A stretch of DNA of 24,000 nt, taken from an uncultured Methanosarcinales archaeon (GTDB taxonomy: Archaea; Nanobdellota; Nanobdellia; Woesearchaeales; ARS49). The position numbers and the translations under genes were made by a program. The notes beneath the pieces were generated by a model. The model saw only the letters and a list, made by a program, of their open reading frames with translations. It had not been told where the DNA came from and ran no database searches. The stretch lies in the NCBI GenBank assembly GCA_964353335.1, contig CAYGVI010000003.1, forward strand, positions 99,308-123,307, written 5' to 3'. Numbering within the stretch: the stretch's first letter is position 1; the number at the start of each line of letters is the position of its first letter. Positions 14,101-23,400 of this stretch are shown one piece after another.

Positions 14101-15375
14101 TTAGTAATAAGCCTGCGGTTGCTGATCTTGCTGTGGCTGTGCCTCTTCTCCCTCGTCACCCTTCAGGCGGCTGAATCCGATAACCAGCCCGAGTATAACA
14201 AGCAAAACCACGAGCACGATAAGGCCCCACTCGAGGACTGACCTTGCTGCGCTCTTGCCGCCCTTTGCGACATTTGCTGTCAGCTGGATGTTCTCAAGTG
14301 ATTGTCCGTTTGTGCTTATGGCTGCAGTCACAACCTGTGCTCCGACAGGCGCATCGCTTCCTGCTGTGACAAAGACATAGACAGTTTCTGTCTTGCCTGC
14401 GTCAAGCACGAGTGTGCTGGTCGGAGTTATCTTGACTGTTGCCCAATCGCCTGCCTCAACAGCTACGGTGTAGGACTTGCTTGTCCTTCCGGAGTTTGTG
14501 ATTGTAAGCGGGAAAACCGCAGTGCCGCCCTGTGCGACGTTTTCAAGCTGGCTTCCAACCGATATGGTTGTCTTTGCCTTTGCTGTAGTGGCTGCTGAGC
14601 CGTCTTCGCAGGTGTCGTCCGCAAGGACTTCCATCTGCTTGACAGCGCGCTCCTTCTTGAATCCGTCGTCGTATGAGACTTCAACCTCGACGTCATAGAC
14701 GCCTGGCTTTGCGCACTTTGGTATCCTCAAATAGAGCTCCTCAGTCTCCTTTTCCTCGTCGTTGTTCGGGACTTCATCAATGTAGTCCGAAGCTGTTACG
14801 CCGAGCTGGGGGATGCTTGCTGTAACCTTGACATCAGTTTCGTCCTTTTCTCCCAGGTTCCTGACACGGATTACTCCGAGCAAGGCGCTTCCTGCCTTGA
14901 TTTTTGTGTCCGGGTTGAATGAGATGTCACGGATCATCATTCCGTGGCGCGGGACGTCAATCTTGATGTTGTAATTCTGGACGAGTTCCTCTGCGTTGCG
15001 GTCTGAGAATATCAGGCGCAGCTTGTAGGAGTCCTCTTCAAAGAATGTGTGTACTGGTATTGTGAGTGTCTTGCGGTATGTGACATTTGCGTCTGCGTCA
15101 AAAGTGCTTGTTGAGTCTGATGCAGGCATAATGTCGCTGTGCTCATCGCCGCTGAAGAACGCCTGGATTTCCATGTCGTTGACGTCCTGAGAAGGCGTGA
15201 AAACAACCTTGACTTCTATCTTGTCGCCGCGGAGGACGTCCAAGAGGTTTGATGCGTCTGCGCGCATCTCAATGTCATCAACTTTGACCTGCTCAACTGT
15301 TATTGGCAGTGCAAATGCTGTGGTTGCCAGTGCTATTGCGAGCACAAGCATCAATGCGATTTTGAGTGGATTCAT
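14101..15375 (-). CDS. S-layer-like / CARDB-type surface protein with a C-terminal TM anchor
   Basis: ATG 15375 gives MNPLKIALMLVLAIALATTAFA (signal peptide); the track start 15381 is TTG. It has beta-rich repeats with CARDB-like signatures (IRVRNLGEKDETDVKVTASIP; FPLTITNSGRTSKSYTVAVEAGDWATVKITP). The C-terminus is LIVLVVLLVILGLVIGF plus an acidic/Gln-rich tail. It has its own TATA (15431-15438), a GGGGGT SD and a T-rich tract after the stop. Confidence 0.8.
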   Translation of the reverse strand: MNPLKIALMLVLAIALATTAFALPITVEQVKVDDIEMRADASNLLDVLRGDKIEVKVVFTPSQDVNDMEIQAFFSGDEHSDIMPASDSTSTFDADANVTYRKTLTIPVHTFFEEDSYKLRLIFSDRNAEELVQNYNIKIDVPRHGMMIRDISFNPDTKIKAGSALLGVIRVRNLGEKDETDVKVTASIPQLGVTASDYIDEVPNNDEEKETEELYLRIPKCAKPGVYDVEVEVSYDDGFKKERAVKQMEVLADDTCEDGSAATTAKAKTTISVGSQLENVAQGGTAVFPLTITNSGRTSKSYTVAVEAGDWATVKITPTSTLVLDAGKTETVYVFVTAGSDAPVGAQVVTAAISTNGQSLENIQLTANVAKGGKSAARSVLEWGLIVLVVLLVILGLVIGFSRLKGDEGEEAQPQQDQQPQAYY

Positions 15376-15430
15376 CTTCAATATACCCCCATTGTTTTTG
15401 TGGTTCCTGATGATTTGGAAGTTCAGCCCG

Positions 15431-15438
15431 TTTATAAA
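15431..15438 (-). promoter_or_regulatory. TATA box (TTTATAAA) plus leader with GGGGGT Shine-Dalgarno for the S-layer-like gene
   Basis: The TATA centre at 15434.5 is about 59 nt upstream of ATG 15375. The SD GGGGGT (rc of 15385-15390) lies 9 nt before the ATG. Confidence 0.5.
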
Positions 15439-15482
15439 GGTTTCGCTTTTTTACCTATTCTGCAGTAGTGAAACACTATCAT

Positions 15483-16280
15483 CTACTGATAGTCAATTAC
15501 CTCGATTTCACGGTGCACTATGCGCTGTGCGTCCTCGTTGTAAACCTGCAGCCTTACCGAATAGGTTCCCTCACCCATTTCCTCAGGCAGGTCAAGCAGG
15601 ACTGTGCTTGTGACTTTCTCGCCTGCGTCAACATCCATCGGGCCTATTGTTGCCCTGACAGAGATGTCCGGTATCATTATGATGACTTTTGTGTTGTCAA
15701 GGTCGTGCGTTCCCTTGTTCTGAAAGGTTATGCGCAGCGCCACCTGGTCGCCAGGCAGCTCCTCGTACGGGTTGTGAAGGAAAATATTGTGTATGAAAAT
15801 CTGGAGTGACTCATCGCTTTTAGGCGAAGGTGATGGTGAAGGTGTTGGCACCGGAACAGGGCAAGTGCCTGTCTGTTCGCATGAAACAGGAGGAATTACC
15901 GGAGGCCATTCAGGAAGCTCTGGCTGTTCGTCAGGCCCCTGAGGGTTTCCAGGAATGTCTCCGCCAATTGGCCCGAAATCGTCGTCAAAAGGATCCCAGA
16001 TGCCGTCGCCGGATACGCTGTCGTCCTGCCCGCCTGGGCCTGTATTTTCAGGAACAAAGCCTGTGTCCTGGTCAGGGGTAAATCCGCCGTTCACATCGTT
16101 TGTAAAGCCGATGCTGTTGTCGTTTGTAAAGCCGGAATCGTCCATCGGGTCTATTCCGAAATCAAAATCAGGGGTGAACCCGCCGTCAAACATTTCTGCT
16201 GTTGCGAGAAATGGCACTGCGATTACAACAAGCGCTGCAAGCGCGCTGAACATTGCCGTATTCCATTGTCTCGCGTTCAT
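15483..16280 (-). CDS. Secreted acidic protein: GF(T/V)(P/N)(D/E) repeats, Pro-rich linker, C-terminal CARDB-like beta-sandwich
   Basis: Signal/anchor FSALAALVVIAVPFLATA. The repeats are GGFTPD, SGFTND, IGFTND, GGFTPD and TGFVPE. A linker PVPVPTPSPSPSPK follows. The C-terminus is ALRITFQNKGTHDLDNTKVIIMIPD...GTYSVRLQVYNED. Confidence 0.75.
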   Translation of the reverse strand: MNARQWNTAMFSALAALVVIAVPFLATAEMFDGGFTPDFDFGIDPMDDSGFTNDNSIGFTNDVNGGFTPDQDTGFVPENTGPGGQDDSVSGDGIWDPFDDDFGPIGGDIPGNPQGPDEQPELPEWPPVIPPVSCEQTGTCPVPVPTPSPSPSPKSDESLQIFIHNIFLHNPYEELPGDQVALRITFQNKGTHDLDNTKVIIMIPDISVRATIGPMDVDAGEKVTSTVLLDLPEEMGEGTYSVRLQVYNEDAQRIVHREIEVIDYQ

Positions 16281-16317
16281 TTTCAGGTCCTATAATAATA
16301 TTGTAAAATGAAAAAAA

Positions 16318-17079
16318 TTATTTTTCAACTGCCTTAGCGTAGACAGGGGTCTTTGCAATAACAAGCCTTACTGCAGCCGGCATTTCCTTGAAGTAAACGC
16401 CCTGCTTGTAATCATTGCCTTGCTTGCCCGCATAGCTCTGGTGGTTCTCCTTTGTGAAAGACTCACCGCAGCGTACGTCGACAAAGTCGCCTGCGCCAAG
16501 CATCCTGCCGATATCGTCGGTGCTGCGCAGTATCTTGAATCCGCGCTGCTTGACGTCTTCTGCGCTGATTACTTTCTCAGGCATCCTTTCATACTGCTGT
16601 GCTGAGTTTGCAACAAGCTCAAGAACGTCACGCTGGCTGAAGTATTTGTGCTTTCCTGCCTTTGAATTCAGGTCAGTTGCAAGAGCCTTTGTGTTGACGT
16701 TTGTGATGAGCTCGCGGCCCTTGCTTGCAGTGCCGCTCTTCTCATCCCTGCGCAGGTTGAGGCAGACATAAACATTGCCTTCTCCCTTGTTAAGGCCGTA
16801 ATGCACTATTTCCTGCATGCGTGACCTTGCCTTTTCAACGTCCTTTTCGTGGCCCTTGATGTCAGTGCCCTTGTAGTCTGTAAGCTGGATTGTGTACTTG
16901 GCTGCCTGCCTGAGCTCTTCGAATCCAAGCTGGACATTGCCGAATTTTTCAACGTCAGCAAGCAGTGACTCGAGGGTGCTGGCGGTGTTTTGCTGTGGGA
17001 CTACGCATCCTGCAGCTGCCGCAACTCCGAGAGCTCCAATTGTCTTGAGAAAATCACGTCTTGTTGGTATATGTTGCAT
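16318..17079 (-). CDS. Tat-signal lipoprotein of unknown function
   Basis: The N-terminus is MQHIPTRRDFLKTIGALGVAAAAGC. TRRDFLK is a perfect twin-arginine consensus (S/T-R-R-x-F-L-K), followed by an h-region and the lipobox AAGC. The SD GGGGGT lies 6 nt before the ATG. The mature domain is not recognised. Confidence 0.75.
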   Translation of the reverse strand: MQHIPTRRDFLKTIGALGVAAAAGCVVPQQNTASTLESLLADVEKFGNVQLGFEELRQAAKYTIQLTDYKGTDIKGHEKDVEKARSRMQEIVHYGLNKGEGNVYVCLNLRRDEKSGTASKGRELITNVNTKALATDLNSKAGKHKYFSQRDVLELVANSAQQYERMPEKVISAEDVKQRGFKILRSTDDIGRMLGAGDFVDVRCGESFTKENHQSYAGKQGNDYKQGVYFKEMPAAVRLVIAKTPVYAKAVEK

Positions 17080-17170
17080 TTTATTACCCCCTGTGTTAAA
17101 TACTGTTGGTTTGACACTACTATTGAGTGGGTATTTTTAAAGCTTCGGGTTTATGGGCGGGTTAAGAACA

Positions 17171-19150
17171 TTACTTGCCGTAAATAACTATTCCCGGAGT
17201 AACTATCCATTCGGTTTTGTCGCCGTGAAGCACTGCGCCGTCAACCTTGAAGTCTATCTTGACATCCTTGGTGTTCAGAAGGCGTACTCCTGCACCGACT
17301 TGCCCGCCGAAGCGTGTTTCGTCATCTTTTGTGCCTGTGAACTCGCTGTCAAGCCTTTGAACAAGTCCAAGAGCCTCAATATATCCCCTTGTTCCTGCAG
17401 CGTCAAAGTGCCAGCGGACTCCTGCGTCGCCGTAAATGTTGTTTTGCGAGAGGAATTCCCCGAGTTTTTCATTAAGTGTTGACATTCCTGCCTCGACTGA
17501 GAAGCTGTCGTTAAGCATAAGCCTTCCCTGCAGCTGTGTCATGAGCTTTGTGAAGTCGCCAGTGTATTCGTCTCCTGCATCGCCTTTCACATCGCCCTTG
17601 AGCCCTGCTGCCTGGAATATCACGAAGTTGTGCCTGTTTGCAACACCAACATCGTCATCATCAATAGGTGCCTGCGTGAGGCCTAATTTCAGGTAGCCTC
17701 CAAATCCCTTGTTTCCAAATGTGTAATTGCTTCCGTTTTCAGGCTTGATTGCGAAGTCCCTGTTTTCAGCCATTACTCCGCCCTCAAGGAATCCGTAGAA
17801 TCCCTTGCTCAGGACAGGATAAGTGTGAAGCCCAAGCTGGACGCGTTCTCCGTATCCTGCAATGTCTCCTTCGTCAAACTTCTGCACCTGGTCAAATCCA
17901 TTCAAGTACAGGTCAAGCCCTGTGGCTTTGCCCAGCTCAAGTATTCCCTTGGCTGATGCGCTCACTCCTGTAGTATCATTGTCAAAGATTCCCTTTACAT
18001 ACAGTATTCCCTTAAGCGAAGGGTCTTCTCCGGTGATTATCGGCTTGTAATCAGCAGATGCAGGCGCTGCCTGTTGCGCAGGTGCCGGTGAAGTCATTCC
18101 CTTTAATGCCCTGTAAGCTTCAGTAGGTTCTGGCTGTGTGTAAACTATTGTGTTCTCCCTTGCCTTTGCTTCTGCTGCTTTTCTTTCAGCTTCCTTTCTC
18201 TGCCTGTCTGCTTCAGCTGCCTTTCTTTGCTTTTCTGCTTCTGCGAGCTTCTGCTTTTCTGCTTCAACTGCATTTCTTGCGGCATCTACTTCAGCTGCCT
18301 TTCTTTCAGCAGCTACTTTCCTTGCTGCTTCACGCAGGCTCTCCAGGTTTGCTTCAGTCTCCTGATTTTCCTTTGCTTGAGTGTAAGCTTCTGAAGCTCT
18401 GTCCTGTGATGGCCTTTGCCCTGCATAAGGCGCTGGGCCTGTCTGCGGAGCAGTTGGCTTTTCAGCGACAGGAGGCACTTCAGGACCTTTTGTCTGCTGC
18501 TGAGTTTTGTCAGCAAGTGATCTTGAGTCAGGAACTTTTACTGGCGTAGTTGTAACCGGCACAGGCTTAATGTTTTCCTGCGTTACAACATCTGGGTTTT
18601 TCGGCAAACTTCTATAGAAAAGATTGTATCCTGCCCATAATACCGGAGCAAGTGCCAAAGCAGCGATAGCCGCAATGTAAACAGTGCGAACTCTTCCAGC
18701 TGCCCTGCTTGGAACTGTGTGGAAATAGTCTCCTATCCTGCTGAGCAATCCTTTCTTTTCAGTGCTGCCAAGCATTCCTGCATAACTTACAGGATTTGTG
18801 TGGACAACTTCTGTAGGCTGTGCTTCAACAACAGCTTCGATACTTTCAGGTTTTGCAAGGCTGTCTGCAAGCGTTGTATAAACATTTTGTGCGCGGCTCC
18901 TGAGGTTTTCATAGTCAACCTTTGCGCGCTTTTCCTTGGACATCTTGATGACATTGTCGTAAAGCTTTACAGCAGAAACAAGGTCGTCATACTTTGCATT
19001 CTTTCCGTTTGCGCGGTGCTCGAGAATTTGGAGTTTGTTTTCAGTGTTGTAGCTGAGTATTCCCAAATCTTTGATTTCAAGATTGCTATCTGCTGCCTGT
19101 TTTATCTCGTCTTTAGAAAAGTTATGCCGTTGAAATTGGTAGTTTTCCAT
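17171..19150 (-). CDS. Membrane-anchored protein with TolA-like layout and a porin-like C-terminal domain
   Basis: 659 aa. A cytoplasmic N-domain of about 150 aa is followed by a TM (VYIAAIAALALAPVLWAGYNLFY, about aa 155-178). Next are a Pro-rich segment (aa 180-250) and a KAAE/AEKQ helix (aa 262-332). The last roughly 290 aa contain at least 12 segments of alternating hydrophobic/polar residues (e.g. DVKIDFKVDGAVLH, IYGDAGVRWHFD, RFGGQVGAGVRLL, EWIVTPGIVIYGK). TATA at 19196-19203; SD AGGGGT 8 nt before the ATG. Confidence 0.75.
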   Translation of the reverse strand: MENYQFQRHNFSKDEIKQAADSNLEIKDLGILSYNTENKLQILEHRANGKNAKYDDLVSAVKLYDNVIKMSKEKRAKVDYENLRSRAQNVYTTLADSLAKPESIEAVVEAQPTEVVHTNPVSYAGMLGSTEKKGLLSRIGDYFHTVPSRAAGRVRTVYIAAIAALALAPVLWAGYNLFYRSLPKNPDVVTQENIKPVPVTTTPVKVPDSRSLADKTQQQTKGPEVPPVAEKPTAPQTGPAPYAGQRPSQDRASEAYTQAKENQETEANLESLREAARKVAAERKAAEVDAARNAVEAEKQKLAEAEKQRKAAEADRQRKEAERKAAEAKARENTIVYTQPEPTEAYRALKGMTSPAPAQQAAPASADYKPIITGEDPSLKGILYVKGIFDNDTTGVSASAKGILELGKATGLDLYLNGFDQVQKFDEGDIAGYGERVQLGLHTYPVLSKGFYGFLEGGVMAENRDFAIKPENGSNYTFGNKGFGGYLKLGLTQAPIDDDDVGVANRHNFVIFQAAGLKGDVKGDAGDEYTGDFTKLMTQLQGRLMLNDSFSVEAGMSTLNEKLGEFLSQNNIYGDAGVRWHFDAAGTRGYIEALGLVQRLDSEFTGTKDDETRFGGQVGAGVRLLNTKDVKIDFKVDGAVLHGDKTEWIVTPGIVIYGK

Positions 19151-19251
19151 GTCAGGTTACCCCTATTATTAGTTGGCAGGGAATATCGCCGGCTGTTTAT
19201 AAATCTTCGTATTTATCACTACTTTACAGGAGTAAAGCATTTGTTCGCAAT

Positions 19252-19259
19252 CTTTTTAA
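19252..19259 (+). promoter_or_regulatory. Weak TATA-like box (CTTTTTAA) for the leaderless geranylgeranyl reductase gene
   Basis: Centre 19255.5, with ATG 19282 lying 26.5 nt downstream. Confidence 0.4.
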
Positions 19260-19281
19260 CACAGCGCCAGCTCGCAAGCCC

Positions 19282-20367
19282 ATGCGCGTCGCTATCGTCG
19301 GGGCAGGACCGTCAGGAAGCTATGTAGGCTTCCTCCTTTCAAAAGCCGGTCACGATGTCACAATCTATGAAGACCACGAAAAAATAGGCGAGCCAATAGC
19401 GTGCACAGGCATCGTGACAAAAGCGCTTTTCGACCTTGTTGAATACAGCAAAGACTACATTATCAACGAGCTTGACGGCGTTGACATAATCGGGCCAAAA
19501 GGTGAAAAGCTCCGAATCCCGCTGAAAGAATACGTGCTTTGCAGGAAAAAGTTTGACAATTATCTTGCAAACAAAGCAGGAAATGCAGGTGCAAAAATAC
19601 TGCTCAGCCACAGGTACACCGGAAGGGAATGCAACACCCTAATTTTCAGGCATAACGGACAAATAGTCAAAAAAGAAACAGACATTCTCATCGGCGCAGA
19701 CGGTCCTTTAAGCAAAGTTGCAGAAACTTCAGGGCTTGGTAAAAACAAAAACTTTTACGTCGGCCAGCAGGCGACAATCAAGGCAAAATACGACCAGAAA
19801 ATATTCACAGTCTGGTTCGGCAGCATTGCCCCTGGATTTTTCGCGTGGAGCGTGCCTGAAAATTCAGAGTACTCGCGCATTGGCGTCGCGACAACAAAAG
19901 ACAAGAACTGCGCACAATGCTTCCAGAGACTGATGAAAATGTCAAAAGGAAAAATCACAGCAAGGCAGGCAGCACCAATCCCGTTGTACAACCATAAAAG
20001 AAAAGTGCAGAACAACAGCACTTTCCTTGTCGGAGACGCAGCCGGATTTGTAAAAGACACAACAGGTGGTGGAATCATCACAGGAATGCTCTCAAGCAAA
20101 GCCCTTGCTGAAAGCATAATCCGCAAAACAAGCTACGAAAAGAACCTCAAGAAGCTGAGAAAAGAGCTTTGGCTTCACAGCAAGCTCAGGAGGATGCTTA
20201 ACAGATTCTCAGACAATGATTACAGAAGGCTTATCAGGCTGATGTCAAACCAGAAAGTCAGGCGTATATTATATAGCCATCCGAGGGAGTATCCTTCAAG
20301 ATTCCTTCTGAAGCTCCTGCTCGCAGAGCCGCGGCTCATTTATTTCGCAAAGCACGCGTTTGCATAA
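19282..20367 (+). CDS. Geranylgeranyl reductase family FAD-dependent oxidoreductase
   Basis: The N-terminal dinucleotide fold is VAIVGAGPSGSYVGFLLSKAGHDVTIYE. Family motifs are LIGADGPLSKVA and FLVGDAAGFVKDTTGGGIITGM. Confidence 0.9.
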   Translation: MRVAIVGAGPSGSYVGFLLSKAGHDVTIYEDHEKIGEPIACTGIVTKALFDLVEYSKDYIINELDGVDIIGPKGEKLRIPLKEYVLCRKKFDNYLANKAGNAGAKILLSHRYTGRECNTLIFRHNGQIVKKETDILIGADGPLSKVAETSGLGKNKNFYVGQQATIKAKYDQKIFTVWFGSIAPGFFAWSVPENSEYSRIGVATTKDKNCAQCFQRLMKMSKGKITARQAAPIPLYNHKRKVQNNSTFLVGDAAGFVKDTTGGGIITGMLSSKALAESIIRKTSYEKNLKKLRKELWLHSKLRRMLNRFSDNDYRRLIRLMSNQKVRRILYSHPREYPSRFLLKLLLAEPRLIYFAKHAFA

Positions 20368-20421
20368 TCCCGCGAAAGCTTTTTAAGCAAACCACATAAA
20401 CAGCGGGCACAGGGGGATTGC

Positions 20422-23400
20422 ATGCCTGAAGACGACGAACTTTCAGTTGATTTTGGAAAAGTTGGCGACTGGTTCAAGAGAAAAAAGAAGCCCGAAGCAG
20501 AGCCAACGCCAGAACACCAGCCTTCATTGCTCGCTGACAAGCACGCAGCAGTTCCACACGAGCAGCCAAAAGAGCATTCTGAAGCAAAGCACACTGAAAA
20601 AGATGATGAAATCAGCATTGACTTTTCAAAAATAAAGTCCTGGTTCACAAAAAAGGAGCATTCAGGAAAAGATGAAGGCAAAGAAGACCTCGGATTTGAT
20701 TTCAGCAAGCCGTGGGCATGGATAAAAGCCCACCCCGTCCTGATAATACTCGCAGTCCTCCTGATAATGCAGTTCGTTCCAAACAGGATTGATATTGGCG
20801 GCAAGGACTGGTACATGCCCTGGGGCGGGGTAAGCATGCGCCTAAGGAGCGAAAGCCTGCCAATGACAGACGGCTGGGCAGCGAACCATGTCACAACCCT
20901 GCTCAAGAACCAGCTGGTTGATGCGATTAACAAGCAGTATCCCAACCTTCCTGACGAAAGAAAGCAAAAGCTTGTGAATGATGAATGGGACAAGGTATAC
21001 AAGGAGCAGAAAGCCCAGATTGACCCGCAAATAACTGCTGTCAACCAGCAGATAAAGGAGTTCTGGATGTATGAAGCAGACGGCGTGAAATACACTTACA
21101 TGCCTGACATTGACCCTTACACATACCTAAGATATGCCAGAAACCTGCTTGAGAAAGGCACTTATGCTGACGAAGTGAGGGATGGCACATTAATCGACAA
21201 CCACATGGCCGCGCCCTTGGGTGGCGGGGTAAGCCGCGAGCTGCAGCCATACACTCTCGCAGTGCAGTACAAGATACTGCACATCTTCAGCCCGAAGATT
21301 GACCTTATGCAGGCAGCTTGTTATTTCCCCATAATATTCATCCTGCTCTCGCTGATTCCTGCGTTCTTCATCGGCAGGCGCTTTGCAGGAATGTCAGGCG
21401 GAATCATAACTGCAACAATGGTGGCAATACTGCCTTCAATTATTGTCAGGACAGGCTGGGGCCACGCAGACACTGACGCTTACAACATTTTCTTCCCGCT
21501 CCTGTTGACCTGGCTTTACACGCTGATGATTGATGCAGATGACACCAAAAAGATTATTGGATTGGGCGCATTGTCAGGGCTTGTCACAGGAATTTACGCA
21601 TTTGCCTGGCCTGGCGGCTGGTGGTATGTATTTGACTTCATACTCGCTGCATTCGGAATACTGGTCATAAGCGAAATCGCAAGAAATATCAAGCACAGAC
21701 AGAAGCTGATTGAAATAATAAAGAAGCGCGCAATCCTGTTAATCACTTACCTGGCAGTTTCAGGAATATTTGTAAGCCTGTTTAGAAGCACCACTGAGTT
21801 TTTCAATGCCCCAATGGCGCCATTGGGATTCACAATCATCAAGGCAGCTGCGCATGTAAGCCTCTGGCCAAATGTTTACACAACTGTCGCAGAGCTTAAT
21901 CCCACAGACCTTAACGGCGTTATCGGCTCTGTCGGAGGGTGGCTGTTCTTCTGGATTGCAGTTGCAGGAATGGCAATGCTCCTGATAAAGCGCTCAAACA
22001 ATGAGTGGAAGTTTGACCTCAAGTATGCACCCTTGTTTGTGCTCTGGTTCATCGCAACAATTTACGCGAGCCTTAAGGGAGTGCGTTTCACATTGCTTAT
22101 GGCTCCTGCATTCACAGTCGTGTTCGGAATTGCCATTGGCAGGATTTACAACTGGCTGGTCAGAATCAGCATAAAAGATTTGCACTTGAATGAAATAGTG
22201 GCTCATGCATTGATAATTGTAATGGTGGTGCTGATGCTTTCAGGCCAGGCAAAAAGCGCCTATAACTCCTCAGGAAGCGACATTCCGATAATGAATGACG
22301 CCTGGTGGAGCACACTCACTGCGATAAAGGCAGACTCAAAGCCTGACGCGATAATCAACTCATGGTGGGACTTTGGCCACCACTTCAAGTATATCGCAGA
22401 CCGCGCGGTCACATTTGACGGCGCATCACAAAACACGCCAATGGCGCACTGGATTGGAAGGACTCTGGCAACTAACAATGAAACAGAGGCAGTGGGCATT
22501 TTGAGGATGCTTGACTGCGGCTCCTACTCCGCATTCGATGTGATTAATGCCCAGTTCAATGACCCTGTAAAATCAGTCAATCTTCTCCGCGAAATTATCG
22601 TGGTTGACCGCAAGTCAGCGCTTGCAATACTCGCAAAGGAAGGGGTTAATGAGCAGGAACAGTTATTGAAACTCACACACTGCGACCCGCCAGAAGACTA
22701 CTTCATAGCATCAGGAGACATGATTGGAAAGTCAGGCGTCTGGAGCCACTTTGGCTTCTGGGACTTTGAAAAAGCAAAGCTGTGGACGATTCTGAAGAAC
22801 CAGCCAGAGGAAACCGCAGTGCAGTCAATGATGAACGAGTGGAACTACACCCGCGAACAGGCAGAGCAGGCTTACTTGGATGTGCAGGCATTGGGCAGTG
22901 AAGGCGATGCGAATGCATGGATTTCACCATGGCTTGGCATACTTGGCGAGGCTGTTGACTGCTCAACCCAGAACGACCTGATTGGATGCGGAAATGGTTT
23001 CGTAATCAACACGTCCAACAATGACGCGCGCATCAATACAGGCCAGGGGGTTGGCAAGCCAAAGGTCGTCGTCCAGCTGACAGAAAAAGGCGGATTCTCT
23101 GAAATCAAGTTTAATGACTCAAATACCGCGGTTGGAGTGCTTCTCTATCCGACAGGGCCAGGCGCTTACAAGGCGGTGTTAGGCTCTCCAGAGCTTTTGA
23201 CAAGCATATTTGCCCGCCTTTACTTCCTTGAAGGCCACGGCTTGCAGCACTTCACTGCGTTCAGCCAGCAGAGGGAATTAACAGGCGGCGGAATTTACAC
23301 TTACAAGGTCAACTGGGCAGGCAATGCAACCAAAGTTTTCAGCGGCTTTGAAGCCCTGAAGGCTGCGAAAGAAGCGAACACAACAGAGAAGAAAGTTGAA

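Noticed and set aside
15408-15489. C/D-box sRNA (TGATGA at 15408-15413, CTGA at 15486-15489)
   Set aside because: The boxes are about 72 nt apart with no internal C'/D' boxes and no terminal stem. The interval contains the S-layer gene's TATA box and a T6 run, and the CTGA lies inside the stop region of the upstream CDS.
20340-21095. 251-aa minus-strand ORF
   Set aside because: It is entirely antisense to the 5' part of aglB. Its Ser/Cys/Phe-rich composition and lack of start-site signals mark it as an antisense artefact.
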